Shown here: in pieces, positions 31,107 to 41,237 of the stretch
Position numbering within the stretch: the first letter of the stretch is position 1
How the letters are laid out: each line of letters opens with the position of its first letter
Assembly (NCBI GenBank): GCA_965218695.1
Contig: OZ244651.1
Span: forward strand, 2,336,001-2,400,000
Reading direction: 5' to 3'
From: Nitrosopumilus sp.
Lineage (GTDB): Archaea > Thermoproteota > Nitrososphaeria > Nitrososphaerales > Nitrosopumilaceae
DNA: 64,000 bases
Made by a program: the position numbers and the translations under genes
The notes under the pieces: generated by a model
What the model was told of the DNA's origin: nothing
What the model saw: only the letters and a program-made list of their open reading frames with translations
Database searches by the model: none

Positions 31107-31739
31107 CTACCATTTAGGCTCGCTGGCCATCACGGGCTCGCCATCCACTACCTCAAAGCCCATTATCTCCAGGGTCTTGAGCGCAGTTGGCGACCCCCTT
31201 TGGAGTATCTTCTGCGCCAGCTCAAGGCGCCTGCCGGGGCGCAGTTGCTGGCCGATCTTGTACTTGCCGTGCAGCGTGCGCGGGGATACGCGGATTACGC
31301 TTACCGCATCCAGCACCCCCATCTCCGGCCGGATCGGCTCGTACCGGCCCTCGGGCTGGTACTTTTCCATCAGGCCGTTGAGGGCAAGCGTCTTTTCCTC
31401 CCGGTCAGTGACGATCGACGCCATTCCCTTGATTACCACGCTGACGTACAGGGTGTCGGCAAGGGAGGCATCATGCGGATCCTCAAAGTATGACGGAAGA
31501 AACTCCAGCTCCCGGTCCACCTCGAATCCGGCCCTGCCGTTCCTGGATATGTTGTCCAGTTTCTCCCCCCTCACGTGGGAGTGCATGTAGACGGCGCCAT
31601 TCAGGTACACAAAGTTCATCGGGATCGTCTGCGGGAATCCGTCCGGGTCGATGGTGGAGATCCTTCCCACGTGCTCGGCGTTGAGAAACTCCCTTATCTT
31701 CTCCTTCGAGCGCATCTGCAAGACCCCCTTTAGCTGCAA
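31107..31739 (-). CDS. Pyridoxamine 5'-phosphate oxidase-like flavin-binding protein (NimA-like)
   Basis: VGRISTID..P..IPMNFVY, YMHSH..GEKLDNI and YVSVVIKG. Confidence 0.85.
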   Translation of the reverse strand: MQLKGVLQMRSKEKIREFLNAEHVGRISTIDPDGFPQTIPMNFVYLNGAVYMHSHVRGEKLDNISRNGRAGFEVDRELEFLPSYFEDPHDASLADTLYVSVVIKGMASIVTDREEKTLALNGLMEKYQPEGRYEPIRPEMGVLDAVSVIRVSPRTLHGKYKIGQQLRPGRRLELAQKILQRGSPTALKTLEIMGFEVVDGEPVMASEPKW

Positions 31740-32512
31740 CGAGCATCATGGGGAGGGCTTGGTTAATAAATTCAGTCAGGTCACCAGTTAACGCAGAAGT
31801 AAGGCTTGCAGAATCCATGGCAGCCAGTAATCATGACCTTGAATGACTCTGCTGGTGTTCCTGCACGGTATCGTACGCAATCTGAATGTCCAAATTACAT
31901 ACGTTCACTGCAGCATCTGCAGGATGGGAAAGACATCCTTCTCAGGGACAGATATCAGACGGTCCGACAGAATCTGTCCGGAAGACAGAACCGTTACGGT
32001 ACGCGAGGACGCGGCAGGATTAATCCTGTTGGTTTCTAAAAAACCTGCACGGCCCCCGGATGATCATTGTGGTGTCCCGTCACGCAGCTACGGCGCACAT
32101 CAGGCGGCGGCTTTTGCCTGACCAGGTACCACGGAATGTTGTTTATCAGCCTGACCACCAGCACGTCGGTTTGCGTGACTGCCTGGTATACACGATCAGA
32201 TTTCTGCAAATCCGAGGTCAGCCTGGCATTTGCGATTACCCACGTGTTGTACAGGATCAGGGTGTACAGGAAGCAAAGCGCCCGGACCGTCTCGTTCTTG
32301 CTGCGGGTTCTCGCCCTTTGCTTTTCTGCCATCCTGTAGCCTGTCTCTATCATCCACCTCCGGGCATAATAATCGACGTTGATCCCCGGCATGTTCGTGG
32401 CAAAGGCAATGTATTTCTCCTCCGGCTTTTCGGGACTGCCCGTCTTTTTCTTTCTTTTGCGTTTTGTTATGATCATGGTGTACTCGGCATGATCATGTTT
32501 GGATTTTGCTAT

Positions 32513-34056
32513 AGATCATATGAGTAATCGACCACTTTCAACATAACAAAAATACGCCGCAATAGATCCTATGATTAACCCCCCATCACATCGATAAATT
32601 TAGATCAGGCACGATCGCGTTTCACATCAAATGCCAGACTCACCTGATCAGATCATACGCAAGTTAGAACAGGAAAACAAAAAGCTAAAAAAGATTCTAA
32701 ATCAGAAAGACAAAAAGCTGGAGCAGAAAGACAAAAAGCTGGAGCAGAAAGACAAAAAGCTGGAGCAGAAAGACGAGGAGCTGAGCCTTGAGCGCAGCCT
32801 GTGGAAGCGCAGGGACGGCGCGTTGAGCAAGGATGCCGGCAAGAGTGAAATGCTGCACCGGATCGAGGTTTTTGACGAAATAATCGGCAGCAAGACCAAG
32901 ATTTACCGGGCCACGCTAAAAGACAAGGAAAAGTTCCAGTTCATGCTGGTGTATGCCAAGGAATACATGAAGCATTCTGGCCAGATGCCGTTGTTTCGCG
33001 ACGACGATTCCAGAAAGTCCGATCCCGGAAACCGGTGCAAGCTGCACCTGAGGCACGCCCTGCTCATGGCGTTGATGCACAAAAAGGACAACATCACCCA
33101 GGGCGTACTTGGCGCAGTCTTCGGGATAGACCAGGCCGCCGTGTCGCGGTACCTCAAGGTAATCGACGAGATGCTGGAAGGAACGCTTCCCACGGCAAAC
33201 AGTGTGTCAGGGGAGATATCTGCAGCACCCACCAAAGAAGAGTTCAAGAAGATCGTGCCCGGCCCTGACGGGGGCAAGATATTTGCAGACGGCACGCACT
33301 GCCCCGTGCAGCGCCCGTCCGAAAGGACGGTCAGGCGCATGAAATACTCTGGCAAGAAAAAGAAATTCACCAATAACACCAATGTGTACGCCAACGAAAA
33401 CGGGGTGATAATCGGCATATCAAAGAGCACCGTCGGGTCAGTCGGCGACATCACGCTTCTCAAGGAACGCCCCATGCCGTTTGGAAGATGGGAGGAGGTG
33501 ATGCACGACCCGGATCTGCCCGAGGCACAACGGTGCCACGTCTTTGTCGACCGCGGCTACCAGGGGATCGAAAAACACCTGCCCGGCACAATCCCGGAGA
33601 TCCCGTACAAGAAGAGCAAGAAGGCGCCCCTGACGCCGGAGCAAAGGGAGCACAACCACAGGATCCACTCCGAGCGCGTGCTAGTCGAGCACACCATAGG
33701 CAGGCTCAAGCGCTACGCGCGTCTTTCCGACCCGTACGACGGCAACGCGGCGCAGTTCAACCGGGAGTTCAACGTGCTCACCGGGCTGGTGAACCTGGAC
33801 CTCTTGTGGGATTATGTGCAAAAGGGCCCGCCGCCACCGGGCCGGTGGAAGATGCAGGTAGACTGGGACAAAGCCTGCTCCCGGGAACCTGTCAAGTAGA
33901 ATTCAGGGCACATCGAGGTGCTACAGGACTGCGCACGCCATCTTGGATTTTGTAATAAATTAATTCGCCACGCACTCGGCATAGTTGGCATTTAGTCGTA
34001 TTTTTCTGATTTTATGGCCCAAACCGGCAAGATGGGAGGGATTACTCATGAGTTCT
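32513..34056 (+). mobile_element. IS5-type (DDE_Tnp_4) element nested in the ISH3-type transposase
   Basis: TIRs AGATCATATGAGTAATC and (revcomp) AGAACTCATGAGTAATC; TAT target duplication. Confidence 0.9.
32631..33899 (+). CDS. IS5-type transposase with N-terminal QKDKKLE heptad repeats
   Basis: ADGTHCPVQRP, YSGKKKK, DRGYQG and RVLVEHTIGRLK; paralogue of the 21277 and 50759 genes. Confidence 0.93.
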   Translation: MPDSPDQIIRKLEQENKKLKKILNQKDKKLEQKDKKLEQKDKKLEQKDEELSLERSLWKRRDGALSKDAGKSEMLHRIEVFDEIIGSKTKIYRATLKDKEKFQFMLVYAKEYMKHSGQMPLFRDDDSRKSDPGNRCKLHLRHALLMALMHKKDNITQGVLGAVFGIDQAAVSRYLKVIDEMLEGTLPTANSVSGEISAAPTKEEFKKIVPGPDGGKIFADGTHCPVQRPSERTVRRMKYSGKKKKFTNNTNVYANENGVIIGISKSTVGSVGDITLLKERPMPFGRWEEVMHDPDLPEAQRCHVFVDRGYQGIEKHLPGTIPEIPYKKSKKAPLTPEQREHNHRIHSERVLVEHTIGRLKRYARLSDPYDGNAAQFNREFNVLTGLVNLDLLWDYVQKGPPPPGRWKMQVDWDKACSREPVK

Positions 34057-35119
34057 TATGCGAAATCCCGATACTGCAAGGCGTCTCCCGCATGCAAACT
34101 CTTCGATGGCGCGCGTCACATTGGGAGTGTTGATGCAGGGCATGAGATACCTTATGCCCATTCCGTCAAGGGTCCGGATCACGTCTGTTGAAAAGAACTC
34201 GCGATCAAGCATGGCGATGCCTATTCTGACCTTCTTTTCCAGGCACGAGTCGACGGCCTTGCGCACGAAATCGGCAGTATCAGTCAGGGCAGGCATGGGA
34301 AACGCCCCCAGGGTCAGCTGGATCCTCCGGGTCACGCACTGTACCGTAATGTATCGCTCAAAGAGATGCGTTCCCCTTTTGGCCTTTGATCTTACGAGCT
34401 CTGCGCCGTGTTTGTGGTCCCAGCGCGGTATCAGGTGCATGTCAATGGCAACATTCATCCTCCTGTGGCCAAGCATGCCCAGATCCTCAAGCTGGCTTAC
34501 CTGTGAGGATACCATTTCATTAAATGACTGCATCAGGCTTTTCGAATCAATCCGGGAGCAAATGTCGCGCATCCACTCGCTGCACGGGGAGCGCCTGTGG
34601 GATCTGCCCAGTCCCCGCACGGCAGTCACCATCCTGCGCACGGCCGCAGCGTACCCCCCGATCGATATCCCGAGCACGGCTGCCATTACCATGATTCTGT
34701 GAAAATCATCTGTCCCGTACGCTGCGTTGGGCCTTTTGGAGACTGGAAGGCTTGAATCAAACACGCGGGCCGCATCAGACGTCGTATCTTGGCGAACCCG
34801 GGGGTTGTTTTGCAGGGAGCGCTGCAGGTGGCCTGCCATGTCAGTCACTACAGATACCACCCGGCAGGCACCGTGAAATGCCAATGTGCGTTCAAATGCT
34901 TAAATTCCAATTCCGCAAAGGTATGCTGATGCGTGAGTCTGTCCATGCTGGTACATTGACAGATTTTCACCATCAATTCTTTTAAGCAGCAGACTCCCCG
35001 TATGTTGACAACTGCCTAAGCCTTGTCTGGGTGAGTTTATTTTCATATTTGCTGTAACGTGCCGCAAGACACTCCCAGATCATTGTATCTTAGTCAGGTC
35101 TTACTTCTGCGTTAACTGG

Positions 35120-35341
35120 TCACAGGGATTCCTCTGCCTGCCGCCTGCCAAGCATAAACTCTGCACGCTCAAGCCTTGCCGATTCTGCGACATCCTCTGC
35201 CATGTCGTACAGGTCGTGCAGGCCCACGTCGGCAGTCAGCTCGTCTTTCTGCTCGTCTCTTAATTCCAGCTCGAGGTCTGCAAGAAAGTCCACAGTGTCA
35301 TCAAGCATGTCAAGGCATTTCTTTAGATCCTCGTCGTTCAC
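35120..35341 (-). CDS. Small acidic hypothetical protein
   Basis: 73-aa helical, acidic ORF downstream of the LLM gene. Confidence 0.55.
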   Translation of the reverse strand: MNDEDLKKCLDMLDDTVDFLADLELELRDEQKDELTADVGLHDLYDMAEDVAESARLERAEFMLGRRQAEESL

Positions 35342-35386
35342 GGTACCATTAATGCAGACAAGAGATAAAATAGGTTTTCTGTTCTG

Positions 35387-36493
35387 TCAGCATCTTGCCT
35401 TTTCACGCAGGGCAGGCATCACGTGGCTTGCAAACTTGTCGATGGAGCCAAAGTAGTTTGAGCCCCAGAACCTGATTACAAAGTGGTTCACGCCTGCATC
35501 CATGAACCTCTCAAACGTCGGGAGGATGTCGTCAGGCGTTCCAACGGCAGTCGAGGAACGTGCAATCGGGTCAGGTATCTTCGTTGCAGCCTCCCTCATC
35601 TTGACTATCCAGTCCTGGTTGGACATGGAGTATTCTGTAAAGTATTTTCTAAAGTCAAATCCTGCAATGTCCTTTATTCCGTGGACCCTCAGAATCTCGG
35701 GCTTGAAGAGGCTTACCTTTACTGCCTCCTTCATCCTTGCCCAGGACGCCTCTGCGTCGTCTGAAAAGTACACGTCGATGTCAAGTGCGTATTCAAAGTT
35801 GCCCCGGTCCTCCTGGGTCCTGTTGTTTTCATCCATGGATTTTCTGATCAGGCCTACGTGATCCTCAAAGAGTTCCGGCGTGTATCCGATGGGCAACCAG
35901 CCGTTGCCAAGCTTTCCTGTAAGGGCAAGCGTTCGTTTGCCGCCGGCTGCCATGTATGTGGGTGGGCGGGGTTTTCGGATTGGCGGTGCCTGCAGGCATG
36001 CGCCCTCTAGATTGTAGTAGGCTCCCTCATAATCGACTGTGTTGTCAGGGGTTGACTCGTACAGTATGTGGATAAGCTCGATCTGTTCTGCCCACTTTGA
36101 GACGGGCTTTTCAAACGGAATGCAAAACTCCTTGAGGTTCTGGGCCTCGCCTGCACCGATTCCGAGGATGGCCCTGCCCTTTGATATCCTGTCAAGCGTG
36201 ATTGCCGCCAGCGCTATGTTGGACGGGTGCCTCCGCAGCGCGTCAGTGACACACGTTCCCAGCTCCACGTTGTTGGTGACGGCTGCAATTGCAGACAGCA
36301 TCACCCAGGGGTCCAGAACGATTGCCCTCTTCCATTGCGGAACGTTGGTGTGGTCCATGTAAAAGATGGAGTCGTACCCGGTCTTGTCGGCAAGCATGCA
36401 TGCAGTCAGGATTTGATCCTCGGTGTAGCCTGCCCGCGCAACATTGAGCCCGTTTTGAATACCAAATTTCAGCTTGTTTCCTGCCAAGTACAA
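35387..36493 (-). CDS. LLM-class (luciferase-like) flavin/F420-dependent oxidoreductase
   Basis: GYDSIFYMDH, LDPWVMLSAIAA, LGTCVT, TLDRISKGRAILGIGAG and GNGWLP. Confidence 0.9.
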   Translation of the reverse strand: MYLAGNKLKFGIQNGLNVARAGYTEDQILTACMLADKTGYDSIFYMDHTNVPQWKRAIVLDPWVMLSAIAAVTNNVELGTCVTDALRRHPSNIALAAITLDRISKGRAILGIGAGEAQNLKEFCIPFEKPVSKWAEQIELIHILYESTPDNTVDYEGAYYNLEGACLQAPPIRKPRPPTYMAAGGKRTLALTGKLGNGWLPIGYTPELFEDHVGLIRKSMDENNRTQEDRGNFEYALDIDVYFSDDAEASWARMKEAVKVSLFKPEILRVHGIKDIAGFDFRKYFTEYSMSNQDWIVKMREAATKIPDPIARSSTAVGTPDDILPTFERFMDAGVNHFVIRFWGSNYFGSIDKFASHVMPALREKARC

Positions 36494-36675
36494 GGGGGTT
36501 TGAGGCGTGAGGATAAATAAGTTTGCTCAGGGACATGATCCAGAATACGTCTCCAATGGCACCAAAAAGCCAGACACGCCGCCCCTGCAAACCGCCAACT
36601 GCCATGCGTTTGGGACAGATCCGTGGCAGTTTGGCAAAAGGACGGGGCAGACTCTTATTTCTAGAGGGGTGGCGC

Positions 36676-37620
36676 CTACAGGTTGCCTGCCTTGATGTCC
36701 TCAAGACAGTTTACGACGATCTCCTTGGATATCGGTATCGGGTTGGGATCCAGATGGCCCTTGTCAGTCATGACAATGTCGGCAGCCTCTGAGACGTCTG
36801 CCTTGAGATCCAGCCTGTCAAAGCCAAGCTTGTCCATGACCTCCTTGAACCGGTCATAAAAGATGGAATTGTTGTATTTGTGGGCAACGGTGGTGCATGA
36901 GGAGAGGGAGTAGCCGTGCGGTACGCCCTCGTTTGAGAATACGTAGGACAGGGCATGTCCAAGCGTAGTGGAGCAGTTGCCAAATCCCATTCCAGAGAGC
37001 ATCGAGCCGTACGGATAGTTTTGGGGTTTGTCGTTCATGATTGCATCGTAGAGTATGTCAAATGCCTGCCTGCACAGGGTTCTGGTAAGATCATTGCCAA
37101 GCTTGCTGTCGTACCCCTCTGTGGCCTGGGCGCATGCATCGCATACGGAGTTTTTGATGATCTGCTCCGGGGTGCCGTTCATAAAATACGAGTCAACCAC
37201 GGCCATATCTGCCAGAAACCTGCTGTCATGCAAAAGCTTCTTCTTGCCGTCAAACTTGAGTACGCAGTAGGTAGTCATCTCTGCCCCCGTTCCGAACGTC
37301 GTGGGAATCAGGATCTTCTGCTTCTTCATCTCGGGTGCGGCATACTTTACCACATCCATGGAGCTGCCTCCGCCAAGCCCTATCAGGACAGACGGATCTC
37401 TATCCTTGAACTGCGAGATGACGGCATTGACGTTGTCAATCGAGGGTTCGGGCGTTACCTGATCATACAGCATGTAGTCCTGGATTCCCATTCTTGCCAG
37501 CCACTTGTCGGAGAGTTCAGGGGGAGCGGTCGTGACTACGAGGGCGTTTTTTGGATATTCGGTCTCAGAAAGCGCATTATCGCCAAAGTTGATTACATTG
37601 GGAACAAGCACAGTATGCAT
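36676..37620 (-). CDS. Iron-containing alcohol dehydrogenase; probable malonic semialdehyde reductase of the thaumarchaeal 3HP/4HB cycle
   Basis: GLGGGSSMDVVK, IPTTFGTGAE and GHALSY..PHG. Resembles N. maritimus Nmar_1110 (from recall, not a search). Confidence 0.85.
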   Translation of the reverse strand: MHTVLVPNVINFGDNALSETEYPKNALVVTTAPPELSDKWLARMGIQDYMLYDQVTPEPSIDNVNAVISQFKDRDPSVLIGLGGGSSMDVVKYAAPEMKKQKILIPTTFGTGAEMTTYCVLKFDGKKKLLHDSRFLADMAVVDSYFMNGTPEQIIKNSVCDACAQATEGYDSKLGNDLTRTLCRQAFDILYDAIMNDKPQNYPYGSMLSGMGFGNCSTTLGHALSYVFSNEGVPHGYSLSSCTTVAHKYNNSIFYDRFKEVMDKLGFDRLDLKADVSEAADIVMTDKGHLDPNPIPISKEIVVNCLEDIKAGNL

Positions 37621-37665
37621 GAAACATTGGGATTGCTTATTATTATTATACCTTCCACTTGTGGC

Positions 37666-39018
37666 ATGATTCAGAATAGGGATGATCTTGCAACCTCCAG
37701 GGGAAAGGAGGACTGCCTGAGGATTCTGGAGGCGGGCCTGCAGGCCGCGCAGCCTGAAGGGATCATCCCAAGGTATGCTGGTCCCGGCATAATCAGGGCA
37801 GGCGGGGAGGCAGTCATGACAGGGGACTACTCTGATGTCTACGTGGTTGCGTTTGGCAAGGCGGCTGATGCCATGACCAAGGCGTTTAATGCAATAATTC
37901 CAGTAAAGAGCGGAATCGTGGTGATTCCCAAGGGCTCCAGATCAAGGGTACGCGGCAAAAAGTTTCAAATCTTCAATGCCAGGCATCCCAGACCGGACAA
38001 GACAAGCGTCAAGGCCGCAAAGGAGATCATAAAGTTTCTCCAGAACAGGCGCAGCGACGAGCTGGTGGTCTTTCTTGTGTCAGGCGGGGGATCCTCGCTC
38101 CTTGCCATTCCCGACCGGATTACCCTTGATGACAAGATCCGCGCCACGGACCTGCTCCTCAAGTCGGGCGCGACGATCCAGGAGATCAACTGCGTCAGAA
38201 AGCACCTGTCAAGAATCAAGGGCGGCAGGATGGTGGAGAATCTGCGATGCCACGGAATCGGCCTCATAATGTCAGACGTACAGGATGACGACATCTCGTC
38301 GATCGCATCCGGCATGACGCATCCGGACGAGACCACGCCTGCAGACGCCATGGATGTCCTTGAGAGGTACAGACTCAGGGGAAGGATGCCAGACGAGGTG
38401 CTGCAGGTGCTAGGATGCGGCAGCGGTGGTAGTAGTAGCAGTAGCAGCAGCAGTAGTAGTAGCAGCAGCAGCAGTAGTAGTAGTAGTAGTAGTAGCAGTA
38501 GCAGCAGCAGGAAGCCTGCAGGAGTACCCAAGGGGACTGTGAAAAACCACGTAATTGCAAACAACATGGACTGCCTGAAGGCCATGGAGCGCGCGGCAAG
38601 GAGCATGGGATACGAGACCTCCGTGCTTCAGGCGTTTGGGGATATCAAGGAGGCAGTAAAAGAAATCCTTGAAAGGATTCCTGACAGACCAAAGACGTGC
38701 CTTGTCTTTGGAGGGGAGACGACAGTGAAGGTGCTAGGCAGGGGAACCGGCGGAAGAGCCCAGGAGATCGTCTTGAGGATACTAAAGAACACCCAGGGCA
38801 AAAAGAGGATCGTCATCTCGTCGATCGGGACAGACGGCATAGACGGAAACTCGCCTTATGCAGGAGCCATCATCGAAAACATCAGGACAGACACGGACGT
38901 TATCAAGGGGTATCTCAAAAACAGCGACTCTGGGGGGTTCTTGCAAAGGAACAACGGATGCATAATGACAGGCATCACCCACACAAACCTTATGGATGTG
39001 GGGGTTATCCTGTCCTGA
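37666..39018 (+). CDS. Glycerate 2-kinase (MOFRL/DUF4147 family) with a poly-Ser insertion
   Basis: AFGKAA, SGGGSSL, EINCVRKHLSRIKGG, GGETTV and GTDGIDG. True start is ATG 37666, not 36955. Confidence 0.9.
   Translation: MIQNRDDLATSRGKEDCLRILEAGLQAAQPEGIIPRYAGPGIIRAGGEAVMTGDYSDVYVVAFGKAADAMTKAFNAIIPVKSGIVVIPKGSRSRVRGKKFQIFNARHPRPDKTSVKAAKEIIKFLQNRRSDELVVFLVSGGGSSLLAIPDRITLDDKIRATDLLLKSGATIQEINCVRKHLSRIKGGRMVENLRCHGIGLIMSDVQDDDISSIASGMTHPDETTPADAMDVLERYRLRGRMPDEVLQVLGCGSGGSSSSSSSSSSSSSSSSSSSSSSSSSSRKPAGVPKGTVKNHVIANNMDCLKAMERAARSMGYETSVLQAFGDIKEAVKEILERIPDRPKTCLVFGGETTVKVLGRGTGGRAQEIVLRILKNTQGKKRIVISSIGTDGIDGNSPYAGAIIENIRTDTDVIKGYLKNSDSGGFLQRNNGCIMTGITHTNLMDVGVILS
38431..38508 (+). repeat. 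(AGY)26 microsatellite encoding 26 serines
   Basis: 78 nt of mixed AGT/AGC codons, in frame. Confidence 0.95.
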
Positions 39019-39125
39019 TGGTCTGCCGCCTCCGCCCCGCAGGAGCGCCACGCTGCAGCCCAAAAAAGAGAGCACTTGAAATAGCACGACTGCGCACATG
39101 TGGTGATGAGTAACAGTACGACGTT

Positions 39126-39434
39126 GTGCAGCGGGGAGTCCTGCAGTTGCATCTGCCATGCCGAGTCCAGGTTCCGGAGGGGGAACAGGAGGAAGTGTTG
39201 CTAGAGAAACCGTTCAGGCCGGACATGCTGTACAACAGGGTGGTCCACTACTACATGGACAAGAGGGGATACCCAAAGGAGAAGGCAAACGATATTGCAA
39301 GGAGGGTGGTGCAAAGGGAGGCCGCCCGCCGAATATGCAAGAACAGCAAATGCATGCATTTTTTGCACGATCACGTCAGAAACTCAGAGACATGCCTGGT
39401 TGCAGACTGCAGCTGTGGCAGGTTCACAAGGTGA
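39126..39434 (+). CDS. Small protein with C-terminal Cys/His metal-binding motif
   Basis: C-x4-C-x-H-x4-H...C-x4-C-x-C; start uncertain. Confidence 0.7.
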   Translation: MQRGVLQLHLPCRVQVPEGEQEEVLLEKPFRPDMLYNRVVHYYMDKRGYPKEKANDIARRVVQREAARRICKNSKCMHFLHDHVRNSETCLVADCSCGRFTR

Positions 39435-40479
39435 GATCGTCTAGCGTTCCTGCCTTCAGCGCCTTTGCGTCGATTCCCATGCCCCTCAGATGCCCTGCAA
39501 ACTCGTCTACAAACCCGTGAACGGTGTAGACCTTTTCTGCCCCGGACCTTACCACCATCTCCACGAGGTCGCCAAAGTCACAGTGGTCGCTCATGGGCAT
39601 GGAATAGTCTGTCCGCCTTCCAAAAGAGAACCTTGCAGACTTTGCCCACCCGCTGAATCCTATCGTGACTGCCCCGTATCTTGACTTCATGTCCTGGATG
39701 AACCCGTTCTTGCCGGACATCATCGGTGTCACCATCACCCAGGGCTTCTTTTCAAGCAGCCCCCGCCTTTCAGCCTCAGAGTGGCCCATTCCGTCCTTGA
39801 GCGGGATGCCGAACTTCTGGTGCAGCAGGTTCATCTCCCGGACAGAGTCATGAAGGTATAGCGGCTCCCAGTGTCCAAAGAGATCGGTGATGGTCTGGGC
39901 CTTTCCAAGCTGGTACCCCATCAGAATTACGGGTATCCCCTTGCCATACAGTTCGGATATTGTCTGGTTGACCTGCCTTTGAACCTCGTCGACCCTTGGA
40001 AACTCAAACTCCGGCAGCCCGAACGTGCATTCTGTGATTAGCGTTTTGCATCTTGGCACCTTGGCGCCACGAAGAAAGCCGCGGCTCCGGGTGCAGATGT
40101 CCCCGGTGTAAAAGACATCATCATCAAAGAGGACCCCCCTTGAGCCGAGAACGTGCCCGCTGTCGATCATCGAAAAGCCCTCAAGGGAATCCACGTTGTT
40201 CTCCATTACAAACCCCCTGAGACTGGCTATCTGGCTTGTCTCGTCTGAGGCAAGGATGGCCCCGCCGTTCCGGGACGGAAGGTGGTCAGAATGGGCATGG
40301 GAGACAAAATTGATGCCCGAGGGATCGGCAGCCTTTGGATCCAGCAGGATGCGCCTCTGGCCGATGCTGCACAGGATCCCGTTCTTGGTCATGGCTATCT
40401 GTCCGGACAACGAGGAGGGTGGCAATTGGATTTGATATAAATGACAGGTTTGTGACTCTGACCTGAGGATTTCAGGCAC
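39424..40479 (-). CDS. Metallo-beta-lactamase-fold (beta-CASP-like) nuclease
   Basis: SHAHSDH, SGHVLGS, YTGD, ITECTFG, SDHCDF and TVHGF; start may be near 40392. Confidence 0.88.
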   Translation of the reverse strand: MPEILRSESQTCHLYQIQLPPSSLSGQIAMTKNGILCSIGQRRILLDPKAADPSGINFVSHAHSDHLPSRNGGAILASDETSQIASLRGFVMENNVDSLEGFSMIDSGHVLGSRGVLFDDDVFYTGDICTRSRGFLRGAKVPRCKTLITECTFGLPEFEFPRVDEVQRQVNQTISELYGKGIPVILMGYQLGKAQTITDLFGHWEPLYLHDSVREMNLLHQKFGIPLKDGMGHSEAERRGLLEKKPWVMVTPMMSGKNGFIQDMKSRYGAVTIGFSGWAKSARFSFGRRTDYSMPMSDHCDFGDLVEMVVRSGAEKVYTVHGFVDEFAGHLRGMGIDAKALKAGTLDDLTL

Positions 40480-40586
40480 GCAGATCCCGATTTATGGCGA
40501 TGGTTGCGGTGCAGTCTTCGTCCAGGAGTTGTTTTGGGCGTGACTGCCTTGGGCGTCTCGGTAGCAGCAGCAGCAGCAGCAATACG

Positions 40587-40907
40587 TCAGGAATCAGGGC
40601 CGCCGCCAAAAAAGTACAGGACACTGAGATCGGAGGTGTTTCCATGGAAATGGTGCGGCGTGTTCCTTGGTACAAAAAAGATCGCATCCTTTGAGACCTT
40701 GTGGTCCCGGTTCCCGATTCTCAGGAACCCGTCGCCGGAGAGCACCAGGTACACCTCGTCGCTGTCATGCGGTTCCTGTGTGTCTTGCTGTCCGGGTTCG
40801 AGAACCAGAACCCCGGCTGCCAGGCCAGGCCTGCTGATAAAGGTGTAAAAATAAGAGTCGCTGCCTGTCTTCCCGAGGCATTCTGACAGGTCGTATCTGT
40901 ACTTCAA
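40587..40907 (-). CDS. Cupin domain protein
   Basis: QEPHDSDEVYLVLSG and FVPRNTPHHF. Confidence 0.88.
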   Translation of the reverse strand: MKYRYDLSECLGKTGSDSYFYTFISRPGLAAGVLVLEPGQQDTQEPHDSDEVYLVLSGDGFLRIGNRDHKVSKDAIFFVPRNTPHHFHGNTSDLSVLYFFGGGPDS

Positions 40908-40908
40908 C

Positions 40909-41199
40909 TCACTTGGCTACCACTACTGAAAACATCTCCCGCACCGGGTCTGAGGTCATAAAGGATCTTCCAACGGGGTGAACCTTTTGGTGTTCTGGGC
41001 TCCCGTGCATGTGGATAAAGGATTCCCTGGTCTCATGCTCCACGATTACACGGTAGGAGTTGTTGTTGCCGGATTTCAAAAGGCGCCGCGAGATGAATCC
41101 GGGAAACTTTGAGAGGGCCTGGTTTGATTCTGAAAACCACGCCTTAAAGTCATCCTCGATGCCATTCCTGAGTTGAATGTCGGCCATCACTACAAACAT
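40909..41199 (-). CDS. Antibiotic biosynthesis monooxygenase (ABM) family protein
   Basis: FPGFISRRLL, EHETRESF and HGSPEH; start ATG 41199 (the longer ORF runs into IS66). Confidence 0.82.
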   Translation of the reverse strand: MFVVMADIQLRNGIEDDFKAWFSESNQALSKFPGFISRRLLKSGNNNSYRVIVEHETRESFIHMHGSPEHQKVHPVGRSFMTSDPVREMFSVVVAK

Positions 41200-41237
41200 G
41201 GCATGGGTTGTATGATTCAGCTTAATGTGCTTTCGTG

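Larger units (their letters stand above)
32036..34884 (-). pseudogene. ISH3-type (IS4 superfamily) transposase interrupted by an IS5-type element
   Basis: N-part has AIDMHLIP and LDREFF; C-part has YARRWMIETGYR. Removing 32513-34056 plus one TAT restores the frame (..GFRI-AKSKHDHAEYTMII.., about 433 aa). Confidence 0.85.

Noticed and set aside
32703-32774. Short tandem repeats as a CRISPR-like array
   Set aside because: Head-to-tail 21-nt coding repeats with no spacers.
31800-35024. Terminal repeats of the ISH3-type element (aaggcttgcag vs revcomp aaggcttaggcag)
   Set aside because: The match is too short and gapped to call boundaries.
36955-37665. 687-aa ORF suggesting a large fusion with glycerate kinase
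   Set aside because: The extension is the antisense shadow of the Fe-ADH gene; the real start is ATG 37666.
37965-38606. Poly-Leu and poly-Tyr/Cys ORFs on the - strand
   Set aside because: They are antisense readings of the AGY microsatellite.
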